64,000 nucleotides of DNA, taken from NCBI GenBank assembly GCA_965218795.1, contig OZ244653.1:1920001-1984000 (forward strand), given 5' to 3'. The notes under the pieces are model-generated. The model did not search any database and was not told the origin of the DNA. It worked only from the letters and a program-made list of their open reading frames with translations. Position numbers and translations under genes: made by a program. The DNA is from a bacterium. Its GTDB lineage: Bacteria > UBA8248 > JACPRG01 > G963555815. Shown here piece by piece: positions 48,430-57,040 of the stretch (within the stretch, counting starts at the first letter, position 1; each line of letters begins with the position of its first letter).

Positions 48430-49276
48430 TCGTAGGCGCGAAACTCGGCATGACGGGAAGGGGAACCCACTGAGGGTTCAGACTGCCCGTTCGATATCCC
48501 CCCAAATCGACGGAAACCCTTGGGAAACCCAGACGGAGAAAGGCATGTCCGATTTCATCCATCAGATCGGATTGGAAAAAACGGCGAACCTCATCCTCCC
48601 CCACCTCAATTCGGGCGAGCCCTCCATGGTGGCGAACCCGAAGCTGTCGAAAACCCAAACCACGAAGATGCGCCTCCGCCTTTTCCACCACTCGGAGCTT
48701 CTCAACCGTCACGCGCTGACCATGGGGGATGCGGGATGCCAGGCAGGCCATGGCCGGCTTGTCCCAGGTGGGCAATCCGAAGGCCTCCGAAAGCGCTCGA
48801 ATGTCCGCCTTTTCCAGCCCGGCCTCCTGGAGCGGGCTTCGGATCCCGAATTCCAAGGCCGCGGAGTGGCCGGGCCGATGATCCGAGAGATCGTCAACGA
48901 TGGCCCCGTAGGCGATATGAGTCAGGCCCTCCCCTTTGGCGACGGGTCGAAGGCGACGGAAGAGCTCCACCTTGCAGAAGTAGCAACGATTGGCGGGATT
49001 CGCTGCATACCGAGGGTCGTCCAGTTCCCGAGTGTCGACCTCGAGGAGACGGATACCGATCCGCCCGGCCAACCGGCGCGCTTCCGCCAGCTCCGAGCCG
49101 GGAAGAGACGGTGACTTCGCGATCCCCGCAGCGGCCCTGACACCGAGAACGTCAAATGCGACATGGGCCAGGAAGGCGCTGTCCACCCCGCCAGAGTATG
49201 CAATCAGAACACTTCCGATCTCACCGAGAGAATCTCGAAGATGGTTCAGTTTGCGTTCAGTCTCTGGAGAGAGCAT
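48419..49276 (-). CDS. larE: ATP-dependent sulfur transferase LarE (three-Cys Fe-S type)
   Basis: SGGVDS PP-loop, RCYFCK, ACLASR, RVRHHG. Confidence 0.94.
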   Translation of the reverse strand: MLSPETERKLNHLRDSLGEIGSVLIAYSGGVDSAFLAHVAFDVLGVRAAAGIAKSPSLPGSELAEARRLAGRIGIRLLEVDTRELDDPRYAANPANRCYFCKVELFRRLRPVAKGEGLTHIAYGAIVDDLSDHRPGHSAALEFGIRSPLQEAGLEKADIRALSEAFGLPTWDKPAMACLASRIPHGQRVTVEKLRVVEKAEAHLRGLGFRQLRVRHHGGLARIEVGEDEVRRFFQSDLMDEIGHAFLRLGFPRVSVDLGGYRTGSLNPQWVPLPVMPSFAPTNGH

Positions 49277-49397
49277 CGAAACACCACAGGTTAGGTGGAC
49301 GATACGGAATCAGATGGTTGATAATGTCCATGTTTGAAAAGCCTTCCAACGGGTTTCATTATCTTTCCGAACCGACGGGAACGCAACGGAGTTCTTG

Positions 49398-50714
49398 ATG
49401 ATGGCGACTGAAAATGAAGCAGCGGTTGCGAGTCAGGTGTCGGCCGGCCTGGATGGAAAGACGGGCCAGCGATCAATGTTCGAAAATGCCCAGCTGTATT
49501 TTGATCGGATTGCGGAACAGATGAACCTGGACCACGGTGTCTGGCAATTCCTCCGCAATCCGGTTCGAGAATTGGCTGTCAATTTTCCCGTCGTGATGGA
49601 TGATGGATCGATCAAAATCTTTCAAGGCTATCGGGTGCAGCATAGCCTTCTCCGCGGGCCGGCCAAGGGCGGCATCCGGTATGCCCCGAGCGTAACGCTG
49701 GATGAAGTCCGCGCCCTGGCCATGAACATGTCGTGGAAAACCGCGGTTGTGAATCTCCCTTTCGGAGGATCCAAAGGAGGCGTCTGCGTCAACATCAAGG
49801 AGATCACGGACCACGAGCTCGAAAGAATCACACGCCGCTATACGGCTGATATTTCCATCATCATCGGCCCGGACAGCGACGTCCCCGCACCGGATATGGG
49901 GACCAACCCGCGAGTCATGGGCTGGATCATGGACACGTACAGCATGATCACGGGGTATTCGGTTCCCGGGGTGGTGACCGGAAAACCCATTTCCATCGGG
50001 GGCTCGCACGGCCGGACCGAGGCCACGGGCCGGGGCGTCATGTTTGCGACGGTTCTCGCCGCCAAGCAACTCGACATAAACCTCCATGGCGCCAAGGTCG
50101 CGATTCAGGGATTCGGTAACGTAGGCTCTGTCACGGCCAGACTATTGGAGGAGGTCGGTTGCAGCATCATCGGCATCAGTGATGGAGAGGGCGGGATCTA
50201 CAACCCCTCCGGGATCGACCCGGATGCGGTTCTCCGGTACAAGGAGGAAACGGGCGCTCCAACCGTCAGAGAGTATCCGGAGGCCGATCGCGTGGGTCCG
50301 GATGAGGTCCTTTTCCTGGATGCTGATATCGTGATCCCGGCCGCCCTGGAAAATCAGATCCGAGCCGATAATGTCGATCGGATAAAGCCCCGTCTCCTCA
50401 TCGAAGCCGCCAACGGCCCGACAACACCCGAAGCCAATGCCGCCCTATTGGACCGGGGCGTTTACATCGTCCCGGACCTCTTCGCCAATGCCGGAGGCGT
50501 CATCGTCTCTTACCTGGAATGGGTGCAGAACCTTCAGGAATTCCGGTGGGCCGAGGAACTGATTAATCAGAACCTGAGACGAACCATGGAAGAGAGTTTC
50601 CACGCGATCCGTGAAGTCGCGGACAAGCAGGACGTCGACATGCGGACCGCCTGTTACTACGTCGGTGTGGAGCGCGTCGTCGAGGCCTTCCAGGTCCGCG
50701 GGGTGTTTCCTTGA
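49398..50714 (+). CDS. gdhA: Glu/Leu/Phe/Val dehydrogenase (glutamate dehydrogenase)
   Basis: GPAKGGIRY, GGSKGG, DVPAPD, GFGNVG, EAANGP, NAGGV.VSY.EW. Confidence 0.94.
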   Translation: MMATENEAAVASQVSAGLDGKTGQRSMFENAQLYFDRIAEQMNLDHGVWQFLRNPVRELAVNFPVVMDDGSIKIFQGYRVQHSLLRGPAKGGIRYAPSVTLDEVRALAMNMSWKTAVVNLPFGGSKGGVCVNIKEITDHELERITRRYTADISIIIGPDSDVPAPDMGTNPRVMGWIMDTYSMITGYSVPGVVTGKPISIGGSHGRTEATGRGVMFATVLAAKQLDINLHGAKVAIQGFGNVGSVTARLLEEVGCSIIGISDGEGGIYNPSGIDPDAVLRYKEETGAPTVREYPEADRVGPDEVLFLDADIVIPAALENQIRADNVDRIKPRLLIEAANGPTTPEANAALLDRGVYIVPDLFANAGGVIVSYLEWVQNLQEFRWAEELINQNLRRTMEESFHAIREVADKQDVDMRTACYYVGVERVVEAFQVRGVFP

Positions 50715-50790
50715 TCCACTGCGGCGCGCTTTCTCACTCAGCCGAACGCCTCGCCCTCAAACAGGTGTCCGTCGGGAGGACGCTGGTCCT

Positions 50791-51384
50791 TTGAAATTGA
50801 GAAGCAAGATCCCCACTACGACTGCGCTCTTCATGGTTTCCGTCTCGCTCGTCCTGCCCCTGGCGGAAGCGAATCAACCCGGGAAGGGTGATACGGGAAT
50901 CCGCATCATGAAGCGGGAGCTTCGGTTCAATCTCATCCAATTTTCCCGTCCCCGTCCTTCCCCCGACATCGCGCTGCCAGACCTGGAAGGGAATGAGATC
51001 CGGCTCTCCGCGCTCCGGGGGAAGGTGATTGTCTTGAATTTTTGGGCGACATGGTGCCCCCCCTGCATAGAAGAAATGCCAAGCCTGGAACGGCTCCATG
51101 GACAATTCAGAAGCCGTAAATTCGCAATCGTCGCAGTCTCGGTGGACGCCGAGGGGGCAAAACCCGTCCGGAAGTTCATCGGAGAGCGAGGTTTTACGTT
51201 CCGGGTGCTGCTCGATCCGGGAAAGAAAACCGAGGCTCCTTTTGGCGTGCGCGGGCTCCCTATCTCCTACGTGATTGACCACAAAGGCCGCATGGTCGCC
51301 GGGGCCATCGGGGCGATCGATTGGAGCTCCAAAAAGGCGACCACATACTTCGAGAACCTCATCCGACAGGTCGATCCCCCCTGA
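50791..51384 (+). CDS. TlpA/ResA-like exported thioredoxin
   Basis: LNFWATWCPPC..EMP, GLP; N-terminal hydrophobic segment. Confidence 0.93.
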   Translation: MKLRSKIPTTTALFMVSVSLVLPLAEANQPGKGDTGIRIMKRELRFNLIQFSRPRPSPDIALPDLEGNEIRLSALRGKVIVLNFWATWCPPCIEEMPSLERLHGQFRSRKFAIVAVSVDAEGAKPVRKFIGERGFTFRVLLDPGKKTEAPFGVRGLPISYVIDHKGRMVAGAIGAIDWSSKKATTYFENLIRQVDPP

Positions 51385-51540
51385 CGATATGAACGCGACA
51401 TCGGAGGGCCTCACCCGCCATGACCCGAGGCATTCCCCCGTCCGATGGAATCAGACCCCAAGAAAGAAGGTTGCAAGGTCACACATTTTCGTCCCCACCC
51501 GGTTCCGGCTACCATTGGCACTCCAGAGAGTGAAGTAAGG

Positions 51541-51573
51541 AGAATGGGACGCCGATTCCGGCGCCCCATTTCT
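51541..51573. terminator. Hairpin between convergent tlpA and cytochrome genes
   Basis: AGAATGGGACGCCG-ATTC-CGGCGCCCCATTTCT. Confidence 0.55.
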
Positions 51574-51653
51574 TGTCTGCATCAGCGGCCGCCATGGAAA
51601 TTCACAACGCCTCCACGGCGGGCATCTTGGCGGACCGCCCCCCGCCTCGAACC

Positions 51654-52865
51654 CTACGGCAGGATCATCGTCCGGTCGTAGAGGACATAGGGCGTCGACA
51701 TGGCGTGATCCCGTGCCTTGGTGATCATGGCCCGCGCCTTTTGGCTCATCCGATTCTCGAGAAATGAAGGGAAAAACGACCGCCCGTAGAAATAATCCGG
51801 GTGGACTTCGACGTAGACCCGAAGGCGCTTGGCGCCCCTGGGATTGGGGACGTTGTAATTGAAAACGTGGGTCTTCTGCGGGGCGATTCGCGTGTCGGAC
51901 CGCTCGACCCATCCCTGATGGGTAAACTCGAGAACCCGCTGAATCCGGTCCGTCCGCCGGCTGCCGGTCATCATCTTCCCGTCTTGGTCTTGAAGCTCGA
52001 CCCTGATAAAGACGGCCGGAATCATATAAGTGGGGAACATGTGCCCCGCGCCGGAATTGGTCAGGCTGATCTTGGCCACGGCGCGTCCGGGGATGGCATC
52101 CCTCCCCCGCGGGATCTCAACGCCCAGCGTCACGGCCCGGGCGGTCATTTCCTTGTCGTGGATCCCCCGCCACAGATGCCTGCGGGACGGCATATGGCAG
52201 TCCTGGCACTGGACGCCCAGCTTGGCGTAGGGACCCGCTTTCCACTCGGCGTAGGTATTCTCGATGGGCTTTCCGTTGATCGCGGTGGAGGGGGGATGTT
52301 GGTGGCACTCGCTGCAGAATTCAGACCGTTCGAATGCCGTTGTGCGCGTCACGCCTCCGTGGGGGGCCTTTTCGACGCTCGGGCCCAGGGGCTTCCCGGC
52401 CTTGGGCGGACCGAAACGCTCGTGCTGCCTCACGTGACAGGCGGCGCAGATCAGACCCTTCGAATCCAGGCCTTTCACAAAGTCCTTGTTTTTGACAATC
52501 GAACCGGATCGCGTGAACAGATAGGGCTGTTGCTCGACCAGCGGCGCGTGACATGAAACGCAATCCCGCGCCCCGGCAGGATTGTCCGCCCACTGACCGA
52601 TCACGCCGGGACCCATTGCTTTGGCGTGGAGCGTCGTTTTCCAATCGTTGAACTGGACGGGATGACAGGTCCCGCAGTCCTTGGGGTCCAGCGAGGCTTC
52701 CAGCGGAGAAAAACTTCTGGGCGGTTGACCGTTAGGCGCGAAGGGGAAACGCCAGTGCTTCGTGACGAATTCTCCAATCCCCTTTGCGGATTCCCGGGAA
52801 AACGTAACCGTGCCGAATAAGACGCCGGCGGTGACCATCACGATAAGAATCTTAAGCCGCACCAT
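51654..52865 (-). CDS. Exported pentaheme c-type cytochrome (c554/c552-like)
   Basis: CGTCH, CVSCH, CAACH, CSECH, CQDCH; GAGHMFPT; signal peptide. Confidence 0.9.
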   Translation of the reverse strand: MVRLKILIVMVTAGVLFGTVTFSRESAKGIGEFVTKHWRFPFAPNGQPPRSFSPLEASLDPKDCGTCHPVQFNDWKTTLHAKAMGPGVIGQWADNPAGARDCVSCHAPLVEQQPYLFTRSGSIVKNKDFVKGLDSKGLICAACHVRQHERFGPPKAGKPLGPSVEKAPHGGVTRTTAFERSEFCSECHQHPPSTAINGKPIENTYAEWKAGPYAKLGVQCQDCHMPSRRHLWRGIHDKEMTARAVTLGVEIPRGRDAIPGRAVAKISLTNSGAGHMFPTYMIPAVFIRVELQDQDGKMMTGSRRTDRIQRVLEFTHQGWVERSDTRIAPQKTHVFNYNVPNPRGAKRLRVYVEVHPDYFYGRSFFPSFLENRMSQKARAMITKARDHAMSTPYVLYDRTMILP

Positions 52866-52979
52866 GTCTCCCACCGCCCCTTTCGGAGGGAATTGAAAAA
52901 CAAAGCCGGGAAGGAATCTCCCTCCTGGCTATTTTCTACCAGATTGAGCCTGCATGCAGCTAGTCGGTCACCAAGAACA

Positions 52980-53315
52980 CTACTTTTTTGCTTTGCAAGG
53001 ATTTGCAGCCTTCATGGCCTTCATAGCCTTCTTGTCCTTCATGGGCATCGCAGCCTTCTTGTCCTTCATGGGCATCACGGCCTTCTTGTCCTTCATGGGC
53101 ATCGCGGCCTTCTTGTCCTTCATGGGCATCGCAGCCTTCTTGTCCTTCATGGGCATCGCGGCCTTCTCGTCCTTCATGGGCATCGCGGCCTTCTTGTCCT
53201 TCATGGGCGCGCAGGGATTTGCAGCCTTCTTCTCGGCGGCGTAGACCACGGAGCCTCCTGCTACAAAGAGAACTGCAACAGCCGCAATCAGGAAACTACT
53301 GAAAAGCTTCTTCAT
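52980..53315 (-). CDS. Secreted Met/Lys-rich tandem-repeat protein
   Basis: Signal peptide MKKLFSS..VYA; seven PMKD(K/E)K units between two AANPC motifs. Confidence 0.85.
   Translation of the reverse strand: MKKLFSSFLIAAVAVLFVAGGSVVYAAEKKAANPCAPMKDKKAAMPMKDEKAAMPMKDKKAAMPMKDKKAAMPMKDKKAVMPMKDKKAAMPMKDKKAMKAMKAANPCKAKK
53027..53207. repeat. 27-bp tandem repeat (about 6.7 units)
   Basis: GCCTTCTTGTCCTTCATGGGCATCGC(A/G) repeated, encoding AAMPMKDKK. Confidence 0.95.
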
Positions 53316-53509
53316 GAACCTTACTCCTCTCAATGGGATCTGAAGCGTTGAAATGGCTGATGACTTCGGACCGGTTCCGACCATCAACCCGAGAAAGAAA
53401 TTTTTTCTTATTCACCGACTTGTCACCGGACTATAACCGACATTCAAGGGGAGAATTTCCAGCTATGCCATTTTTTGGTCGAGATGACATTTAAATGACA
53501 TTTCGTTGA

Positions 53510-53681
53510 CAGAGAACTATATCGAACCATTCTCATCAGCCGTGAAGATCTACTAACATATTGATATTGTTGGATAATAGACATTCTTCCTGCTCTTGTT
53601 TAGAACTTACCTCGCGTAGACCGTAATCAAAATGAAAGCGGATTCGTTAAAACGCCCGCGCATCCAGGCGAGTCCCTGGCG
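53510..53681 (+). repeat. Conserved non-coding element, copy 2
   Basis: Inverted homolog of 6576-6745; contains TAACATATTGATA (IHF consensus WATCAANNNNTTR on the minus strand). Confidence 0.85.
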
Positions 53682-53804
53682 GTAAGCATTCAGTCACGCG
53701 GTGATGGCGGTCAGGAAAGCACCGGTCCAAACCGACTACGCCGCGCAATATCAACAACTGCCTCCGGCACCAGCGACCATCTCACCCCACGACTGAATGG
53801 TTAC
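53682..53804. mobile_element. 123-bp MITE with IS66-type ends and 8-bp target duplication
   Basis: GTAAGCATTCAGTCACGCGGTGAT ... CTCACCCCACGACTGAATGGTTAC, flanked by CCCTGGCG at 53674-81 and 53805-12. Confidence 0.85.
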
Positions 53805-54069
53805 CCCTGGCGAACCGTTGCACCTTCCTAAAAAAAAGTACGATCCCGCAACAACTCGCTTACGGTTACGCCCCGGCACTGAAATCTTACCGTTGGTCCG
53901 CGCCGGTCAGCCATGGCCGGAAGCTTGCTTACGACGATGGTAACCGTGTTCGCGCGCGTGGCATCGTATCACCCGGAGGGCCGTAGCGAAGCGAAGGAGC
54001 CGCGAAGCGGCTTGACGCGACGCCAAGCGCGGAGTTGCCGGCGGGTGCTCTTATGCGAATCACGCCGCG

Positions 54070-54171
54070 CACTCGTAGCGGTACGCTTCGCTCGGGGTGA
54101 GCCCGCCGAGTGCGGGCGTTCGTCGTTGTAAAGCGCATCCAATTGCCGATGATGCGTTCGGCCTCGCGTCT
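54070..54171 (-). mobile_element. IS3-type integrase-core C-terminal fragment
   Basis: REAERIIGNWMR./YNDERPHSA..TP.EAY with frameshifts. Confidence 0.65.
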
Positions 54172-54267
54172 TGCCATCGCCAGCCAACGCGAAGACAAGC
54201 GCGATACTGCTTCCCATGGCCCCCGCCCCGATGACGGCGACGCGCTGAGGCAAGTCCTGCCCGTCAC
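54172..54267 (-). pseudogene. 3-hydroxyacyl-CoA dehydrogenase N-terminal stub
   Basis: RVAVIGAGAMGSSIALVFALAG Rossmann start, cut off by the IS fragment. Confidence 0.7.
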
Positions 54268-54315
54268 GGCGATCAGGCGCGGGCCGGAGCCAGTAGGAGC
54301 GGCGAGAGAGGCAGT

Positions 54316-55836
54316 CTAGAGGCCATACCGGGCGAGCTTATCTTTCACGACTTTGACGACTTTGGGATCGGCATTGGCAACGAGCGGGTAATCGTCGAAC
54401 CGCTCGGGAACCTTTATGGTGGCGTCAATACCGAGCTGCTCGGAAACCGGGGTGTTGCCCTGCGGTCCGCGAGGGGCTGAAGGATCGAGGAGCGCCGCGC
54501 CCTTTGTGTTCTGAATGGTATCGGTGAGCGGCTGGACCCTTGTTGCAAGCGCCCACGCCACTTGGTCCATGTCATAGGGGTCGACATCCGGCCCGACTAC
54601 GATCACGTACTTCGCCTGCCGCGCCCACCGCGACATCGAACCCCAAACCGCGTGAATAACGAAGCGCGCGTACTCTTGCTGTGGCTTGTCGGCGCCGTCC
54701 ACCGACAGTTGCAGAACGTAAATGTTTCCCCAACCCAACGGATGGATGGCCAGATCTTGCACATGCGGAAAACGCGGCATTATCTCCGAGAGGATCTCAG
54801 TGGCGATCTGAACGTCGGCAATATACGCGTGGTCGAATGGCGGCATCATCTCGTACGTGAACCACATCATCGTGTCCCTCTTGCGCGTGATGCAGTTCAC
54901 TTTCATGAGCGGCAGACTGAACTCGGGATCGTAGTAGCCGAGAAAGTTTCCGTGAGGTCCGTCATCTTCTTCTTGGTCCAGTAGAATCTCGCCTTCCACG
55001 ACCCAGTCCGACCACGCCGGGATCTCAAGATCCACGGTTTCACATTTGACGAGCTCGATCGGCGCGCCGCGAAGGGCACCGGCGTACGGAACCTCGTAAC
55101 GATCGATCGGAATGGTCATGCCCGCGGTGATCGACAGTGAGGGATCGTTCTGGAACGTGATCGCGACTTCCAGCGGGCGGCCTATCTTTTTCGCCTTTGC
55201 CAGATGGAGTCCAATGTGTGAGATCGGCGGATTCCACCAGACATAGGAAGTCAAGAACCTTCTCTGCAGCTCCTCTGGATAAGGCTTGCCCTCGCGGTCC
55301 ACGTCAAGCATACCGTATCGATACCAACCCATGTTGTAGAGTCCGTTCTCAGGATCCTTTGTGAACGAGAGTCCGCTCGTCAGATAGACTTGTCGTTCAC
55401 CCTGAAACCAGACCTTGGGAAAGTCCCGGCGCAGGTCGATGTCATCGCCCTTGATGATCACTTCTTTGCAGGGCACGTCACCGTGATCCAGCAGCACCCC
55501 ATCAAGCCAGGGCTCGGTGGCGGCCGCCATCGCCTTCAGCCTCGTTTGCTGAGTGGTCTCCTCGCCGAGCACTAGTGCTACACGTTTGCGCGAGCCGAAA
55601 AGGTTGATGATTATCGGCACATCGGGCGTATTCAGCCCAATCGGATTGGTCAGAATGACCGCCGGCCCGTCCGTGTTCTGGAGATGCCGCGTGAGGGCAT
55701 CGAGTTCCGAATTCTCCCGGTCGACGGCCAGCGGCGCATCGATGGTTCGAACCTCGCCGCATTCTTCGAGGCGAGCGAGAAACTCGTGAAAGTCTTTATA
55801 TGCGACCTTGGGACCGTATGAAACCTTTGGAGCCAT
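54316..55836 (-). CDS. UbiD-family protein (paralog 4) with divergent catalytic motif
   Basis: YKDFHEFL, YNMGWYR, IPAWSDWVVEG, DGPHGNF in place of EGPFGE, WALATRVQP, LGIDAT. Confidence 0.9.
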   Translation of the reverse strand: MAPKVSYGPKVAYKDFHEFLARLEECGEVRTIDAPLAVDRENSELDALTRHLQNTDGPAVILTNPIGLNTPDVPIIINLFGSRKRVALVLGEETTQQTRLKAMAAATEPWLDGVLLDHGDVPCKEVIIKGDDIDLRRDFPKVWFQGERQVYLTSGLSFTKDPENGLYNMGWYRYGMLDVDREGKPYPEELQRRFLTSYVWWNPPISHIGLHLAKAKKIGRPLEVAITFQNDPSLSITAGMTIPIDRYEVPYAGALRGAPIELVKCETVDLEIPAWSDWVVEGEILLDQEEDDGPHGNFLGYYDPEFSLPLMKVNCITRKRDTMMWFTYEMMPPFDHAYIADVQIATEILSEIMPRFPHVQDLAIHPLGWGNIYVLQLSVDGADKPQQEYARFVIHAVWGSMSRWARQAKYVIVVGPDVDPYDMDQVAWALATRVQPLTDTIQNTKGAALLDPSAPRGPQGNTPVSEQLGIDATIKVPERFDDYPLVANADPKVVKVVKDKLARYGL

Positions 55837-55870
55837 CAGGAATCCTCCTCCCCGTTCGTAGTCGGCCTAG

Positions 55871-57040
55871 GGAAACTCTGAATAATAGGCAGAATATTTT
55901 ACAACAGTGATGATTCTACCCTGAGAGGCCATTGATATGCGACAGCCAACGTTTTCAGAGACGGAGTTCGAGAAGTACCGAAAGAAGACGCGGAAGGAAC
56001 AGTTTTGGGAGGAGATGGAAAGAATCATACCGTGGACAGAGCTGACGGAAGCGATAGAGCCATTCTATCCCAAACCGGAGGGTGTGCGGGTGGTCGGCCG
56101 ACAGGGATAGAACGGATGCTGCGTATCCACTTCCTCCAGCACTGGTTCAATCTATCCGATCCTGGGGTAGAGGAAGCCCTGTACGATTCTCGCGCCCTGC
56201 GCCGGTTTGCAGGGATTGACCTGGGGCGGGAACCGGTGCCGGATGAGACCACGGTGTGCAAATTCCGTCACTTGATGGAGAAGCATCATCTGGGTGATGA
56301 GTGGTTCCATCGGGTGAATCAATATCTGAGGGACCATGGGATGCAGGTGAACCGGGCACGATTGTGGATGCCCGTATCATTCACGCGCCCAGTTCCACCC
56401 AGAACAAGAAGAAGCAGCGGGACCCGGATATGCACCAGACCCGCAAGGGCAACCCGTGGTCCTTCGGGATGAAGGCCCATATCCGGGGTGGACAGTCGCA
56501 GCAAGATCATTCACTCCGTGGTGGCGACTGCGGCCAATGTGCACGATTCCTAGGGTATTGGCGGATTTGCTCCACGGTGAGGAGACCCGTGTCTGGGGTG
56601 ATTCAGCTTATGCGGGCCAGAAGAAGGTCTTGGCGCAGGCGGCCCCCAACGCCAGGGACTGGACCCAGACAAAGGGCAGTCGCCATCGAAAACTGACCGA
56701 TGAGGAGCGAGCCAGAAACCGCCACAAGTCCCGCGTTCGCGCCAAGGTGGAGCATCCGTTCGGCTTCACCAAGGTCCGCTACCGAGGGCTTCAGAAAAAT
56801 GCTCATCGTCTGTGGACGGCCTGCGCCCTGAGCAATCTGGTGATGGCCAAAAAGGCGTTATTGCGCAAACCACCGCACCGACTACAGCCAAGTTGCACCT
56901 GAACCAGGGCCATCTGGCCCATCCTTGACGCTTGACACCAAGAAACTTCTTCTCATCGGCGATTACAACGGAAAACTGAAAAACTCAACTGTTCTAACTG
57001 ATTGTGCCATCGACACAATACTCAATTAATCAGATGATCT
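55871..57040 (+). mobile_element. IS5-family (IS5 subgroup) element, transposase frameshifted, CTAG duplication
   Basis: IRs GGAAACTCTGAATAAT / ATTAATCAGATGATCT flanked by CTAG; MRQPTFS..RKKTRKE, MLRIHFLQHWFNLSDP, WGDSAY, RAKVEHPF..KVRYRGL in several frames. Confidence 0.92.

Noticed and set aside
52893-53351. Plus-strand His-rich (LLVLHGHR)n and (FLSFMGIAA)n repeat ORFs
   Set aside because: Alternative frames of the 27-bp repeat; the minus-strand frame has an RBS, a signal peptide and co-orientation with the cytochrome gene
53632-53681. Small ORF MKADSLK.. in the conserved element
   Set aside because: Differences between the two copies are mostly non-synonymous and no RBS is evident, so conservation appears to be at the DNA/RNA level
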